From assembly GCA_964631415.1 (NCBI GenBank), contig CAZVZC010000029.1:1-28104 (forward strand): DNA of 28,104 bases, written 5' to 3'. The stretch comes from an uncultured archaeon (GTDB lineage Archaea > Asgardarchaeota > Thorarchaeia > Thorarchaeales > Thorarchaeaceae). Under the pieces are notes generated by a model. That model was not told the origin of the DNA, did not search any database, and was given only the letters and a program-made list of their open reading frames with translations. Position numbers and translations under genes: made by a program. This document shows positions 8,503-19,268 of the stretch, piece after piece (positions within the stretch are counted from its first letter, which is position 1; each line of letters begins with the position of its first letter).

Positions 8503-11500
8503 ATGAAGCGCCAAGGCTATGCAGTGGTCGCTTTACTTGTCGTGTTTCTAGGTCAGTTTGCGGCCGTCAACTGTATACCTGGGTGGAACGCATTTGAAGG
8601 CGCTTTCGGTGACAGTGTAACACATACTTCTCCCGATCGAGGAAACGACCAAGATAAGGTCGCACCTGCTGAGCCTGCTCCGGATGACGAAGGCATCGAT
8701 TCCCCCATGCAGGGCTTCCTGACTGCTCAAGATATGGGAAGCGGCACTCTGAATCCGGTTTCAGTGGAGCAAAGAGGCTACACTACATCTGGAAACCTCT
8801 CAGCCCGAACCGACACAGGAACCAACACAAGTGCGAATCTGTTCATTGATCAGGAGCACGGTTGGAAGGGCAGTCTTGCCGAAGTGAACGTATCTGGTCT
8901 TCAGAGGCTCTATGTTGTGAATGGGTCGTTTTTGACGGGCACGCCCGGTTCGAACGCGAATCCAAACGGTACTGTCGCTTGCAAGCCTGACGGCTGGAAT
9001 GCAATGAGCAATTCGACTAACACGTTTCAGACCCAAGTGGCTACCTATGACCAGAGCGGTACCCGATTTGTTGCGGTTGAGAACAGAGGAAAGCAAGCCG
9101 GTATAAACTACTATCACTATGCCGGGACTCGTGTACTCTGGACTCAGAGCGTGGATAATGTTCCTCAGACAACCTAGTTTATCCTTAGGTTTTCCTACAT
9201 GTATCTCAGCGGTCCCCTTGGCTTAGCGCTCTCAAACAGTTGTCACTTGACCGTCTACCTCAATCAGGCAAGAGTATGGAATCAGAGTCTTCCGGCACTT
9301 CCTCAAAGAGGGGTCTGGTACGATACTGGCTCAATACTTGTCAACAAGCCGGACTTAGGCACGACATTCGATTTCAGAATCGGCATAGTAATTGACGACG
9401 ACATGACCCTCAGTTCCAGTACCTATGGTGTCGTGAACGCCGCATACATCACAGTCAACGTTGATGATGTGTTCCTAACCGGGGCTGACTCGCCTACCTT
9501 TGGCAGAGTATCGCTGCAATTCAAGGCGGGCAATACCACTTTTCCCATCACTGGGGCCTCAGGATCTGGTTCGGTCAGCATCCCGAATCCTAGCTTCTGG
9601 ACATCAAACCCACTGACAGTGACAGTGCAATCAAACACAAGCGTATCCTTTTACTATGTAGCTCGCGTTCTTTCCCATCATTATGGTAACTCGACATGGA
9701 CGACTGAGATGGCCAAGACGGGGGTCTGGTATGATGCCCACCCTTGGTCAAGCTCTGATTTGCGGCTTTTCACGTACATTGGATCACTCGGCAGCTATGA
9801 GCAGTTCTCTCTTCGCATAACGACTCCTAGCGATTGGGCGAACGCGACTATTTACGATCCGTTATTCGCAGATGTGACTGGACAGTGCTCGATTGGGCCT
9901 GGGCTTGTCACTGTTCCTCAGAGCGTTCTTAGCCTCCTTGGATGGTGGCAGGTGACATTCCAAGCGCCCAACTACTTGAAGGCAATTGTGATTCAGAAGT
10001 ACGACTCACAGAGTAGCTCATGGTCGAATGAAAGTTCATTCAGGCCAGCGAATCTGACAAGAGCACTCGTCAACGTAAGGACGGCAGAATCAGTCCCAGC
10101 GGATCTGAACAATGTGAACGCCACATGGGTGCTTCCGAATGGGACTGTGTGGGCAAACGAGTCTTTCAGTGGAGGGGTATCAGGTTGGATTAGCAGCAGT
10201 TCACATGTCATTGACAGCTCGGCGGCGGGCATGTGGTCGGTAATAGTGTCTTGGAGCAATGGCTCTGAGGTCGCATACAGTAATGCTCACTTTGATGTCT
10301 ACCACCAAGTCACACTGTCACCGGTTTATACTGAGATTGAAACAGATGCTGGGCTTGTTGTAACGAGTCTGGTTAGGTTCATTGACTTCGATAACGGGCG
10401 ATACTTGATGGATGACTCGGTATCAGTCGCTGGCAACTGGTCTGGCGTCGACACCGTTTTCACACCCAACTTGGCGAAGAGCTGGTGGGAGGGCATCTTC
10501 GATACATCACTCGTCGAGCCCGGCACATATGTGGTAAGAGTCAATGCATCACGGCCATTCTATGATGCATCATACTGCTTGTTTGTCATCAGGTCGACAG
10601 CTGTAACACGGTTGGCTTCACCGAACTCGCCATGGACCAGCTGTGCCTGGAACTCGACAGTTCAGCTCACTTTCGCATACGAACTGCTTGACTTTGAATC
10701 ACATGTGTGGATACCTGTTACGAACTTAACGGGTAATGTATACGCTAATCTCAACTGGACTGCTGGACATTGGTCAGTGTCACAGAATGCAACCCTTGGA
10801 GTCTATGTGTTTATCGTAGATGCGGGGGCTCGACCATCAGGCAACTGGCTATTGAACTTCACATTCACCAGGCTGAGTCATCAACCACAACAGATGCTCA
10901 TCATGCTTCTAGTATCACCAGTCGTCACAACACTGACGTTGGATGGCCCTACATCCGGCCAAGTTGACATCAATGAGGAGCACTCACTGAAGGTCACATA
11001 TGCCGACAGTAACGGCGTTCCGATAGGGGCGGCAAATGTGACTGTTGATGACGTTTCGCCGGCCGAGGGACTTCAGGTCTCTTCGATCACAGAGGTCCCA
11101 TCTGAACATGGGAACTACACCCTGACACTGACACCGAAACACCTTGGCGTTTTCACAGTCAGACTTCTTGCTACAAAGAGTGAATCGCAACCTGCGACTT
11201 CCATCTTTGTACTACTGGTCAATGACATTGCCACTGCTCTCCACATTACGACAGGCGACAGTGCCGTGATTGGTTACACTGACGTCTACACGGCGGTGTT
11301 CCATTATGAGATGCTGAATGGTTCGGGTGTCGAAGACGCCTCGATAACCATCCTCTTCACTGGTCCTTCAGGAGGTCTCACATGGTCTACACCTTTGCAG
11401 ACAGGCATAGGGAACTACAGTGTGGAGTTCAGCCCAGTTGATTCAGGAACCTACCTCGTGACCATTGCGGCGTTTCTGCCGTACTATCAGAGCAGCTCTG

Positions 11501-13821
11501 CCATGTTCTTCCTCATTGTCAGTGACATATCTTCTGAGCTGATGCTTGTCAATGGCACTTCAGCCTCTGTTCTGTTTGGCAATAGCTACCGACTTGTCGT
11601 CCACTATACTAACTCTTCGGGCTTTGGCCTAGACGGTGCAGATGTGAGGGTAGAGTCTCTGAATCCTCTTGGTGCACTCGAGGTTTCTGCCACGGAACCT
11701 CTGGGGCAGGGCTTGTACTCAATTGTCCTCACCCCTACGCAAACAACGACTGCTAACGTTTTGATCAGTGCCAGCTTCCTGAACCATCAGACCGGTTTTG
11801 TCACGTTTACGCTCACAACAATGGCAATACCCGCCTTCCTCACAGTCATGAATTCGGCAGCTGTGACCTCAATCGACCGCAACTTCACTCTGTACATGAG
11901 GTTGCAGACTGAGAGTTTGGTGGGGCTGGCTGGAGCCGTCATCACTGTCCAAAACCCCCCAGTTGAAGTTGCTTTTGTGGGTCCTGTCGATTTGGGCAAT
12001 GGCCTTTATGCATTAACGATGGTCCCCGCTAGTGTTGGAGCGTATGATATACTCTTCAGAGCGAGCCTTCCAAACTATCAGAATGCATCGGCTGCATTCG
12101 CTCTGAACATCATCAAGGTTCCCACAACTCTTCATATTGCAGGTGGTCTTTCATATGCGGCAGTGCGGTTTGGAAACGCCTATGCACTCCGTGTAATGTA
12201 TGAGCGCACAGACATCATGCAGAACGTCACTGATGCGACAATCAGTGTGTATCTCTCACCAGAGGAGGGTCTCATGTGGACTGTCCAACAACTCGATGGC
12301 TACTATAGCATAGGGCTATTGTCCGGGTCCTTGGGTAGGTGGACAATCATAGTTTCTGCTGAGAGAGAGAACCACACCCTAGCATCGGTTCAGTTCGTAC
12401 TTGATATTATCACCATCAGTACCACACTGGGTGCTGCTGCACATCCAGAAACCGTCAACTACAGCAGGCCATTCCTATTCACACTTACATACCGCGTCCA
12501 AGATAATCAAAGCGGCGTTTCTGGAGCGAGCGTCCTTGCTACAGGCGATGGTTCAGAATGGCTTTCTATTCAGGACTTAGGAAATGGCAGTTACAGCGTG
12601 AATGTGACACCCGTCGGCCTTGGGGACTTCTCTCCTCTGCTGACTTTCGACAAGCCTGGCTACGAGTCAAAGCAGTACCGGCTCTCGTTCACCGTCGTGA
12701 AAACACCTCTGAAGGTTCTGCTCTTGAGTAACTCCTATGCCACTGAGGGTGTGCCCTTTGATGTCATAGTCAGAGTCTCGGAAGAAGACACTGGCAGACC
12801 TGTCAGTGACGCCGCGGTTTCATTCAGGATATCTTCAGACCTTGCAGGTGATTTCCTTTCCATGGATGAAACCGATGTACCTGGTGTATACAGCCGCCAA
12901 TACATGATGCCTCTGTGGGTGGACCTGACCAGCTTTACACTGGAGATCGCTGTCTCCAAGGATAACTACGGGCTTCGTGGCGGGTTCTCTGCCGCCTTCT
13001 TCAAGGAACAGAATTTCGCGGTGAGGATGACGCCTGTCATTACCAGCACGGGGTTTTTGGCTCTGGTGGTGCTAGTATCGGCAGTTGGTTTTAGAATCCT
13101 CAGGAAACTGCGAAGGCAGCGGAATATTGAGGCCCTGAGTGTCAAGAAACGCTTCGATGACGTCGCCAATATCATTGGTCTGATTGTATTGCACAAGACC
13201 AGCGGAGTTCCCCTGTACTCCAAGATTCTGAGAGGTGGTTTCGAGGAAGGCATGATCTCAGCTTTCGTTTCGGCCATCACTTCCTTCAGGTCCGAGTTCG
13301 GAATGGATGAGAGTCACTGGGAATACGAAGTAATCCCGATCTCAGATATAATCAGTGCGGTGGCGACCAGAAACCTGATTTGTGCCTTCATGACTGTTTC
13401 GGCGCCCTCAGCGTCTCAGCAAGTGAAGATGGAGGCGTATGCGAGATCCTGTGGTGCCATGTTTGATGACTTGTTTGGGGACGTTCGGGGACAGGTCCTC
13501 GACCAGGAAACCGTGAAGGCGCTCGACTCCCTGTTCTATGACCTTATGGATGGCAACCTCCTGACGCTCTATAAGCGGAGATGGGATACTGCATTACCAC
13601 GGCGGCTAAAGTGCCTTCTAGCCACTGCATCCTTCATTGAGAGACCGGATGGTTTCTTGCTCGGCGAACTAGCAAAAGGAATGACCTCCTGCGGAATTGA
13701 GGAGAGTTACGCATACAAGCTTATCCTCGAGGCCATAGAGGGTCAGGTCCTTGTGCAGGCGGAGAGATCAGATGAGGGGACCAGCATCCCTTTGGTGGAT
13801 AAGAGCACACAACCATCCTGA
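8503..13821 (+). CDS. Giant type I membrane/surface protein (signal peptide, about 9 Ig-like repeats, TM helix, longin/roadblock-like cytoplasmic domain), interrupted by an in-frame TAG at 9175-9177
   Basis: ORFs 8419..9177 and 9199..13821 share a frame and are joined by TAG plus FILRFSY. The signal peptide follows ATG 8503 (MKRQGYAVVALLVVFLG). About 100-aa beta-rich repeats carry G.G.Y motifs and many N-x-S/T sequons. A TM helix near 13036-13101 is followed by a basic stop-transfer patch. Confidence 0.8.
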
Positions 13822-14090
13822 AGTGAACCGCTCATTTTCAGGTGGATAGAGTCGACCCTTGGCAGTCACTGCCATTGATCACCAACACAGGCTCATGACT
13901 CGCAAGATCGGATTCATCTCAACTCAGCCTTTGCATCCGCGCGTTCATGGCCAACCGTTCCTGCAACAGCGGTTGCCTACCCTGTCCCCTCTCCTTCTAC
14001 TCGACTGACTCTTGAGTGCATGTGAGTCACGCGCGTAGATGCTCCTAGGAGGCCTGGCCTCGAGGGTCATACTCACATGGTCTGGACGTG

Positions 14091-14113
14091 ATACTATGGT
14101 ATTACCTTAGTAT
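14091..14113. promoter_or_regulatory. Near-perfect 23-bp palindrome, candidate transcription-factor operator
   Basis: ATACTA-T-GGTA-T-TACC-T-TAGTAT, ending 19 nt upstream of TTTAATA (14133-14139). Confidence 0.55.
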
Positions 14114-14203
14114 GTTGTATGTTGTATCAAGCTTTAATAGCAACGCAGAGGAAGTAGAGGGTAGTTGTACCGCGCAGTTCGGATATGAACGGAGACACGA
14201 ATC

Positions 14204-14356
14204 ATGGCCCACAACATACACACCAAGACAAGACCCGTGTCAACTCTGCAGAGAAACGCGCAAGTTCTGCACGTTCTGTACGGACTCCTTGACAGCGACA
14301 AGGAACCCAGTGACGCCGACGCAGAGAAGCTCAGATACCTGTATGCGAGTTCCTAG
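14204..14356 (+). CDS. Unannotated 50-aa small protein
   Basis: MAHNIHTKTRPVSTLQRNAQVLHVLYGLLDSDKEPSDADAEKLRYLYASS*. GGAGA lies at 14191-14195, with a TATA-like element upstream. Confidence 0.55.
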   Translation: MAHNIHTKTRPVSTLQRNAQVLHVLYGLLDSDKEPSDADAEKLRYLYASS

Positions 14357-14573
14357 GCACTTTCACGCTCCTCATTTTATATGAGGCCAAATCGTTGTCT
14401 CCATGCGCGCACCTCCCGGCAAGCAGAGAGACAGTGGGGGCAGACCTTTGATCTGCCCTCACAAACTGCTGGCCTTGGTCTGAACACGACCGGTCAGTCA
14501 ACAGCTGTTCTTTCTAGTACCGTAGCGGTTCAAGACAAAAGATTCAAGCACATGCTTGTATCTCTCATCTGTC

Positions 14574-16421
14574 ATGGAGCCGCCGACCAGACTCGAGAGG
14601 TACTTGGCCATCGAAACCGTCGGGGGGCCAAGCTGGCACCCCATCTCTGATAGGATTGCCTATGTTTCCAACGTGACCGGTACTTTCCAGGTATACACGA
14701 TACAGGTCAATAAGCATGGCGCCGTCTTTCCACTGCGCATGACCTATGAAGAAGACAGGTGTACAGTCCCGCGCTACTTGCATGATGGCTCTCTTGTATT
14801 CTGTAAAGACTGCAGAGGCAACGAGAACTTCCAGATTGGCACAATTGCTGGTGAACAGATAGTCTGGTTGACAAGCAGCCCGAAGGCGAAACACCTGCCA
14901 ACTTACTCCTCCGAAAGAGGCCTCTATTACATTGCGAACCTCAGCAATTCATCCCGGCTTGACACTTACAGGCTGAATCTGCCGCTGCTTGAGAACGAGC
15001 CCGAGCTGTTATTGGAACCCGACGAAGGGTTGGTGACTGTCGAACTGGTTTCAGATGATGAGAGGTATGCAGTGCTGGAGAAGGACATCGGGGCATCGCA
15101 ACAGGAGCTAATGTTGCTAGATATCGAGAGTCGGACGGTCATGAACCTGACCAAGGGCCTCACGGGGGAAAGACCCACTCGATGGAAGGCAATTCGTTTC
15201 TTGGGGCGCGAGCATCTTCTTGTGACAACTGACCGCGATTCCGACTTCAACCGCTTGGCTGTGCTTAGTCTAAGTGGAGACGTCATCCCAATACCGGGTC
15301 TTGGCAAGCCCAAGTACGAGGTGGAAGACGCGGCCTGGGTTGCTGAGTCTGAGTACACATACTGGACATACAATGACGAGGGCTACAGCGCAATCTATCG
15401 GGGCAGATTCAAGACCGATGGTGTTGATGCTGTGAAGCAAGTGAAGGCGCCGCACAGATGGGCTGTCGCTACAGGGGACGAACGATCCTTCAACCGGCGC
15501 ATCTCTCTGTCACTTGATGCTCGCTTTCTTGCATTGACCGTCAGTTCCCCAACAATGCCTACCAACATATGGGTATGCGACGTGACCGATGGACAGATGT
15601 GGGAAGTTTCTCCGGTCAGTCTATGCGGGCTGAACAGCCGCGACTTCGTTGATTGCACGCTTCATCGAGTCAAGAGCTTCGATGGGGTCAGTGTCCCATA
15701 CTTCCGCTATGTTCCTCAAGGCAGAATGCCCGAGAGAGGATGGCCCGCAATATTCATGATTCACGGTGGCCCTGAGGGTCAGAAGCGACCTGAGTTTGAC
15801 CCTGTTATCCAGTTCTGGCTCAGCGCAGGGTTCGCAGTTGTCACTCCCAACATCCGTGGTAGCACAGGGTACGGCAAGACATACCTTGACCTTGACAACA
15901 TGGACAAACGTCTGGGCGCAATCCGCGATATCAAGGAGATTGTCACACATATCAAGCAAAACGACCACGAGATTGACATCAGTCGTCTGGTTGCCCTCGG
16001 AGGGAGCTACGGCGGGTTCGCGGTTCTTTCAGCTATGACAGAGTATCCTGAGATTTGGAGAGCCGGCGTCGATATTGTTGGAATATCGAACTTCGTGACG
16101 TTCCTCCAGAACACTGCTCCTTGGAGAAGGAAACTGAGAGAGGCCGAGTATGGGTCTCTGGATCACGACCTCGAAACTCTGATCCGGATTAGCCCCATTC
16201 ACAAGGTAGACAAAATACAAGCTCCCCTGTTCATTATCCAAGGGGACAACGATGAGAGGGTTCCATTGTCAGAGTCTTTACAGATATACGAGAAACTGCG
16301 GCTGAGAGGAATACGGGTCAAGCTGCAACGTTATGCCGACGAGGGACATGGTCTCGCCAAGCTACAGAACCGGATTGACGCTTGGACCAAGGTCTTGCAG
16401 TGGCTTGAGGAGGTTGTGTGA
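14574..16421 (+). CDS. S9 family peptidase (acylaminoacyl/dipeptidyl peptidase)
   Basis: Beta-propeller-like N-terminus, IHGGPE, NIRGSTGYG, nucleophile GGSYGG, GDNDERV and DEGHG. ATG 14574 preferred over TTG 14556. Confidence 0.95.
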   Translation: MEPPTRLERYLAIETVGGPSWHPISDRIAYVSNVTGTFQVYTIQVNKHGAVFPLRMTYEEDRCTVPRYLHDGSLVFCKDCRGNENFQIGTIAGEQIVWLTSSPKAKHLPTYSSERGLYYIANLSNSSRLDTYRLNLPLLENEPELLLEPDEGLVTVELVSDDERYAVLEKDIGASQQELMLLDIESRTVMNLTKGLTGERPTRWKAIRFLGREHLLVTTDRDSDFNRLAVLSLSGDVIPIPGLGKPKYEVEDAAWVAESEYTYWTYNDEGYSAIYRGRFKTDGVDAVKQVKAPHRWAVATGDERSFNRRISLSLDARFLALTVSSPTMPTNIWVCDVTDGQMWEVSPVSLCGLNSRDFVDCTLHRVKSFDGVSVPYFRYVPQGRMPERGWPAIFMIHGGPEGQKRPEFDPVIQFWLSAGFAVVTPNIRGSTGYGKTYLDLDNMDKRLGAIRDIKEIVTHIKQNDHEIDISRLVALGGSYGGFAVLSAMTEYPEIWRAGVDIVGISNFVTFLQNTAPWRRKLREAEYGSLDHDLETLIRISPIHKVDKIQAPLFIIQGDNDERVPLSESLQIYEKLRLRGIRVKLQRYADEGHGLAKLQNRIDAWTKVLQWLEEVV

Positions 16422-16556
16422 GTCATATCTCGGATTCATGCAGGACGACCTTCATGCCATGGCTGTCAAATGGAACAGGTGTTGGACAGAGGGCTATGGT
16501 TCTCAATCGCTGCAGATAAGGGGAGGATTCGCCCAGAGAATGGCCAGATGGTCTAG

Positions 16557-17867
16557 ATGCTGGACAAGTATAGGCAGTCAACCCCGACTTCGAACGAGTT
16601 GTTCAAACGTGCTCTTCGGTTGTTTGCAGGTGGGGTGAACCACAATATCCGCACCTTCGGGCTTACGCATTCGGGGGCTTATCCTCCGTTCATGCGTGCT
16701 GGCAAGGGCAGTCACATCTGGGATGTTGACGGCAACGAGTATGTTGACTGGTGGATGGCTCATTACTCAGCCATTCTGGGTCACAGTCATCCGAGAGTTA
16801 TGAAGGCCATCAGTGCGCAGCTGATGAATGGGTGCCACCTCGGAACCCTGAATGAGCAGCAGGTTGTCTTTGGAGAGAAACTGCAGGAAGCCATTCCATC
16901 GATGGCCAGAATGCGTTTCTGTTCCACGGGGAGTGAGGCTACGATGTACGCAGTCCGTCTCGCACGCCTTCATACTGGAAAACCATTGGTCGCAAAAGCA
17001 CTGGGTGGCTGGCATGGCGGCAACGACTCATTGGCATTCCATCTCAAGTACCCCTTCAATGACGAACCTTTCTATGACGGCGTTTCGTTCGACTTCAATG
17101 ACCGCGATAGCGTAGACAATATGATTAAGGAACACGGGGAGGATTTGGCGGCGATAATCGTTGAACCAGTGTTGGGAGCCGGTGGGGGCATCCCTCCAGA
17201 GCCCGGGTTTCTGCCATACCTCAGAGAGATCACCAAAGCGCGTGACATACTCCTAATCTTTGATGAGATTGTGACGGGCTTCCGGCTTCGATATGGATCG
17301 GCTGGGAAGGAGTTGTTCGGGGTTGAGCCAGATCTCATTACGCTTGGCAAGATTGCTGCAGGCGGTATGCCCCTTGGCGTGTACGGAGGAAGAGAGGATG
17401 TAATGTCCTCGGCCGCTCCGGGAGCTGAGCGCGGTCGCTGGGTCGGAGGAGGAACGTTCTCAGCTCATCCTCTGACAATGGCTGCCGGAGCCGCGACTCT
17501 GGATCAGCTCCGGTCAATGAGAGGGGAATACGATGCTCTCAACAAGCGTGGGGATCGATTTCGTGTCCGCGTTAACGAAGTGTTTGAGAAGATGGGAGTG
17601 AATGCTCTTGCGACAGGTTTCGGCTCAATAGTATTCATTCATTGGCTCAAACATAGACTGGACAGCCGGCCTCTCACAGGTGGCAAGGTGGGAGAAGCTC
17701 TCAACCACGACGACTTGGATCTCTTCCAGAGTCTGTTGCTCGAAGACGGTGTGCTTGGCTACCATGGCCTAGGCGCAGCGTCGTTTGCACACTCGGACGC
17801 GGATATCGAGAAGACCCTCAGGGCCATCGAAACGGTGAGTCGGAAGATGCAGGGTATTAAGGCGTGA
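16557..17867 (+). CDS. Class III PLP aminotransferase, glutamate-1-semialdehyde aminomutase-like
   Basis: WDVDGNEYVD, STGSEATM, LIFDEIVTGFR, LGKIAAGGMP (PLP Lys) and GGTFSAHP motifs. Confidence 0.9.
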   Translation: MLDKYRQSTPTSNELFKRALRLFAGGVNHNIRTFGLTHSGAYPPFMRAGKGSHIWDVDGNEYVDWWMAHYSAILGHSHPRVMKAISAQLMNGCHLGTLNEQQVVFGEKLQEAIPSMARMRFCSTGSEATMYAVRLARLHTGKPLVAKALGGWHGGNDSLAFHLKYPFNDEPFYDGVSFDFNDRDSVDNMIKEHGEDLAAIIVEPVLGAGGGIPPEPGFLPYLREITKARDILLIFDEIVTGFRLRYGSAGKELFGVEPDLITLGKIAAGGMPLGVYGGREDVMSSAAPGAERGRWVGGGTFSAHPLTMAAGAATLDQLRSMRGEYDALNKRGDRFRVRVNEVFEKMGVNALATGFGSIVFIHWLKHRLDSRPLTGGKVGEALNHDDLDLFQSLLLEDGVLGYHGLGAASFAHSDADIEKTLRAIETVSRKMQGIKA

Positions 17868-17886
17868 CGCCCAGCAGAGCAGCTCT

Positions 17887-19224
17887 TTGGCTGGCCGCAA
17901 GGGAATGACCGGAGTCGTGAATCGAGTGAGGTACGAGTGTGTGAAAGCGAAGTCACTTCTGTCAAAGCAGATTGTGGCAGACAGCTGGTTTCACGTTAAT
18001 CGTTCTCTCAACGGGTACCGGGGTTGCGAACATGGTTGCGTCTACTGTGATGGCATGTCGGAGAGCTATCACGTTGACGACTTCTTCACCTACATCCGCA
18101 TCAAGGAGAACGCGCCCGAGGTGCTACGCCGCGAGCTAAAGAAGATTGGATACACTGCTAAGTCGGAACTTGAGAGTGAAACCCTGTTCAGGTTTCTTGA
18201 CCAAGAGGATGCGGCAAGTCTTTCGCGGCGGTCGCCCAGAGTGCAGGTGATAGGCGTCTGCGGAGGAGTGTCAGACGGCTACCAGCAGGCTGAGAGAGAG
18301 CATAAGGTCACTCGAAGGAACTTAGAGGTTCTGCGTGACTTCGGACTGCCCGTGTTTGTCCTCACCAAATCCGACCTCGTGCTAAGAGACCTCGACATTC
18401 TGAAGGAGATACATGAACGGGCGTTTGCCAACGTCACCTTCACCATTACTCTCAATGATGAGGAAACGAAGAAGGTCTTCGAACCCAAGTCGTCGTCAAC
18501 AGCCGAGAGGTTCGATGCGCTCAAGGAGGTGAGAAAAGCAGGACTGTTCGGTGGTGTGATGGCAGTCCCAATCATCCCGGGAATAGGCGATACTTACGAT
18601 AACCTGAGAGGCTTGGCGAGGGCGGCCAAGAAGGCCGGAGCCGAGTCTATTGTGTTTGGAGGACTCACTCTCAAGCCCGGGCGTCAGAAGGAGTACTTTC
18701 TGAATGTAGTCGGGAACAGGTTTCCCGAGCATCTTGACCTTCTCAGGAGAGTTTACTCCAACGACGACAAGTATGGTCATCCTGACTACACGAAGAAACC
18801 CGTGAGCGTTATGATCCGCGGGCATCAGGTGTGCAAAGAGCTGGGTATGAGGGACAGGTCAGTCAGGCACAGGATTCCGAGAGAACATGATTCGAACAAC
18901 GATGTGCTTGGTGTGCTGCTGGATATCGTATTCTACCAGACGTACGCACTTGGTCTTCCTTGGAACGCAAGCAGACCATTCCAAGAACTTGCCGCGAAAC
19001 TCGAAGGTGGCGTGGTTGACCTGACGCAGCTGAGAAAGGAAGGTCTTCTCGGCGAACGTCTGGGAGCCGGTGCTGAGATGGTTTCGATGGTAGAGGAGAT
19101 CATGGACCGTGGAACGTGCAAGGTGTTGGAGGAGACTGAGGCAAGACTGACCGCCGCTGAGTCGCAGGGCGGTGAGGTCTTCACTGCATGGACGAAGGTC
19201 GACTCTCCAGATGTTGGCCTCTGA
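17887..19224 (+). CDS. Radical SAM protein, spore-photoproduct-lyase-like family, with C-terminal HhH-like domain
   Basis: YRGCEHGCVYCD (CxxxCxxC), SDGYQQAE, LTKSDLVLRDLD, FEP and PIIPGI motifs. The start may be TTG 17887 or ATG 17905. Confidence 0.88.
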   Translation: MAGRKGMTGVVNRVRYECVKAKSLLSKQIVADSWFHVNRSLNGYRGCEHGCVYCDGMSESYHVDDFFTYIRIKENAPEVLRRELKKIGYTAKSELESETLFRFLDQEDAASLSRRSPRVQVIGVCGGVSDGYQQAEREHKVTRRNLEVLRDFGLPVFVLTKSDLVLRDLDILKEIHERAFANVTFTITLNDEETKKVFEPKSSSTAERFDALKEVRKAGLFGGVMAVPIIPGIGDTYDNLRGLARAAKKAGAESIVFGGLTLKPGRQKEYFLNVVGNRFPEHLDLLRRVYSNDDKYGHPDYTKKPVSVMIRGHQVCKELGMRDRSVRHRIPREHDSNNDVLGVLLDIVFYQTYALGLPWNASRPFQELAAKLEGGVVDLTQLRKEGLLGERLGAGAEMVSMVEEIMDRGTCKVLEETEARLTAAESQGGEVFTAWTKVDSPDVGL

Positions 19225-19268
19225 TGTTGTCATGTTATATCTAATGCCGTCGTATCTGTTCGCGGAGC

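Noticed and set aside
13816-13880. Selenocysteine readthrough of the hairpin-embedded TGA at 13819
   Set aside because: The extension is short with no redox motif, and no SECIS-like element was recognised.
16557-17867. Assigning the symbol hemL
   Set aside because: The HemL-type loop (LLVKAGSG...) after the HG motif is replaced by a shorter unrelated segment, and no other tetrapyrrole genes are nearby.
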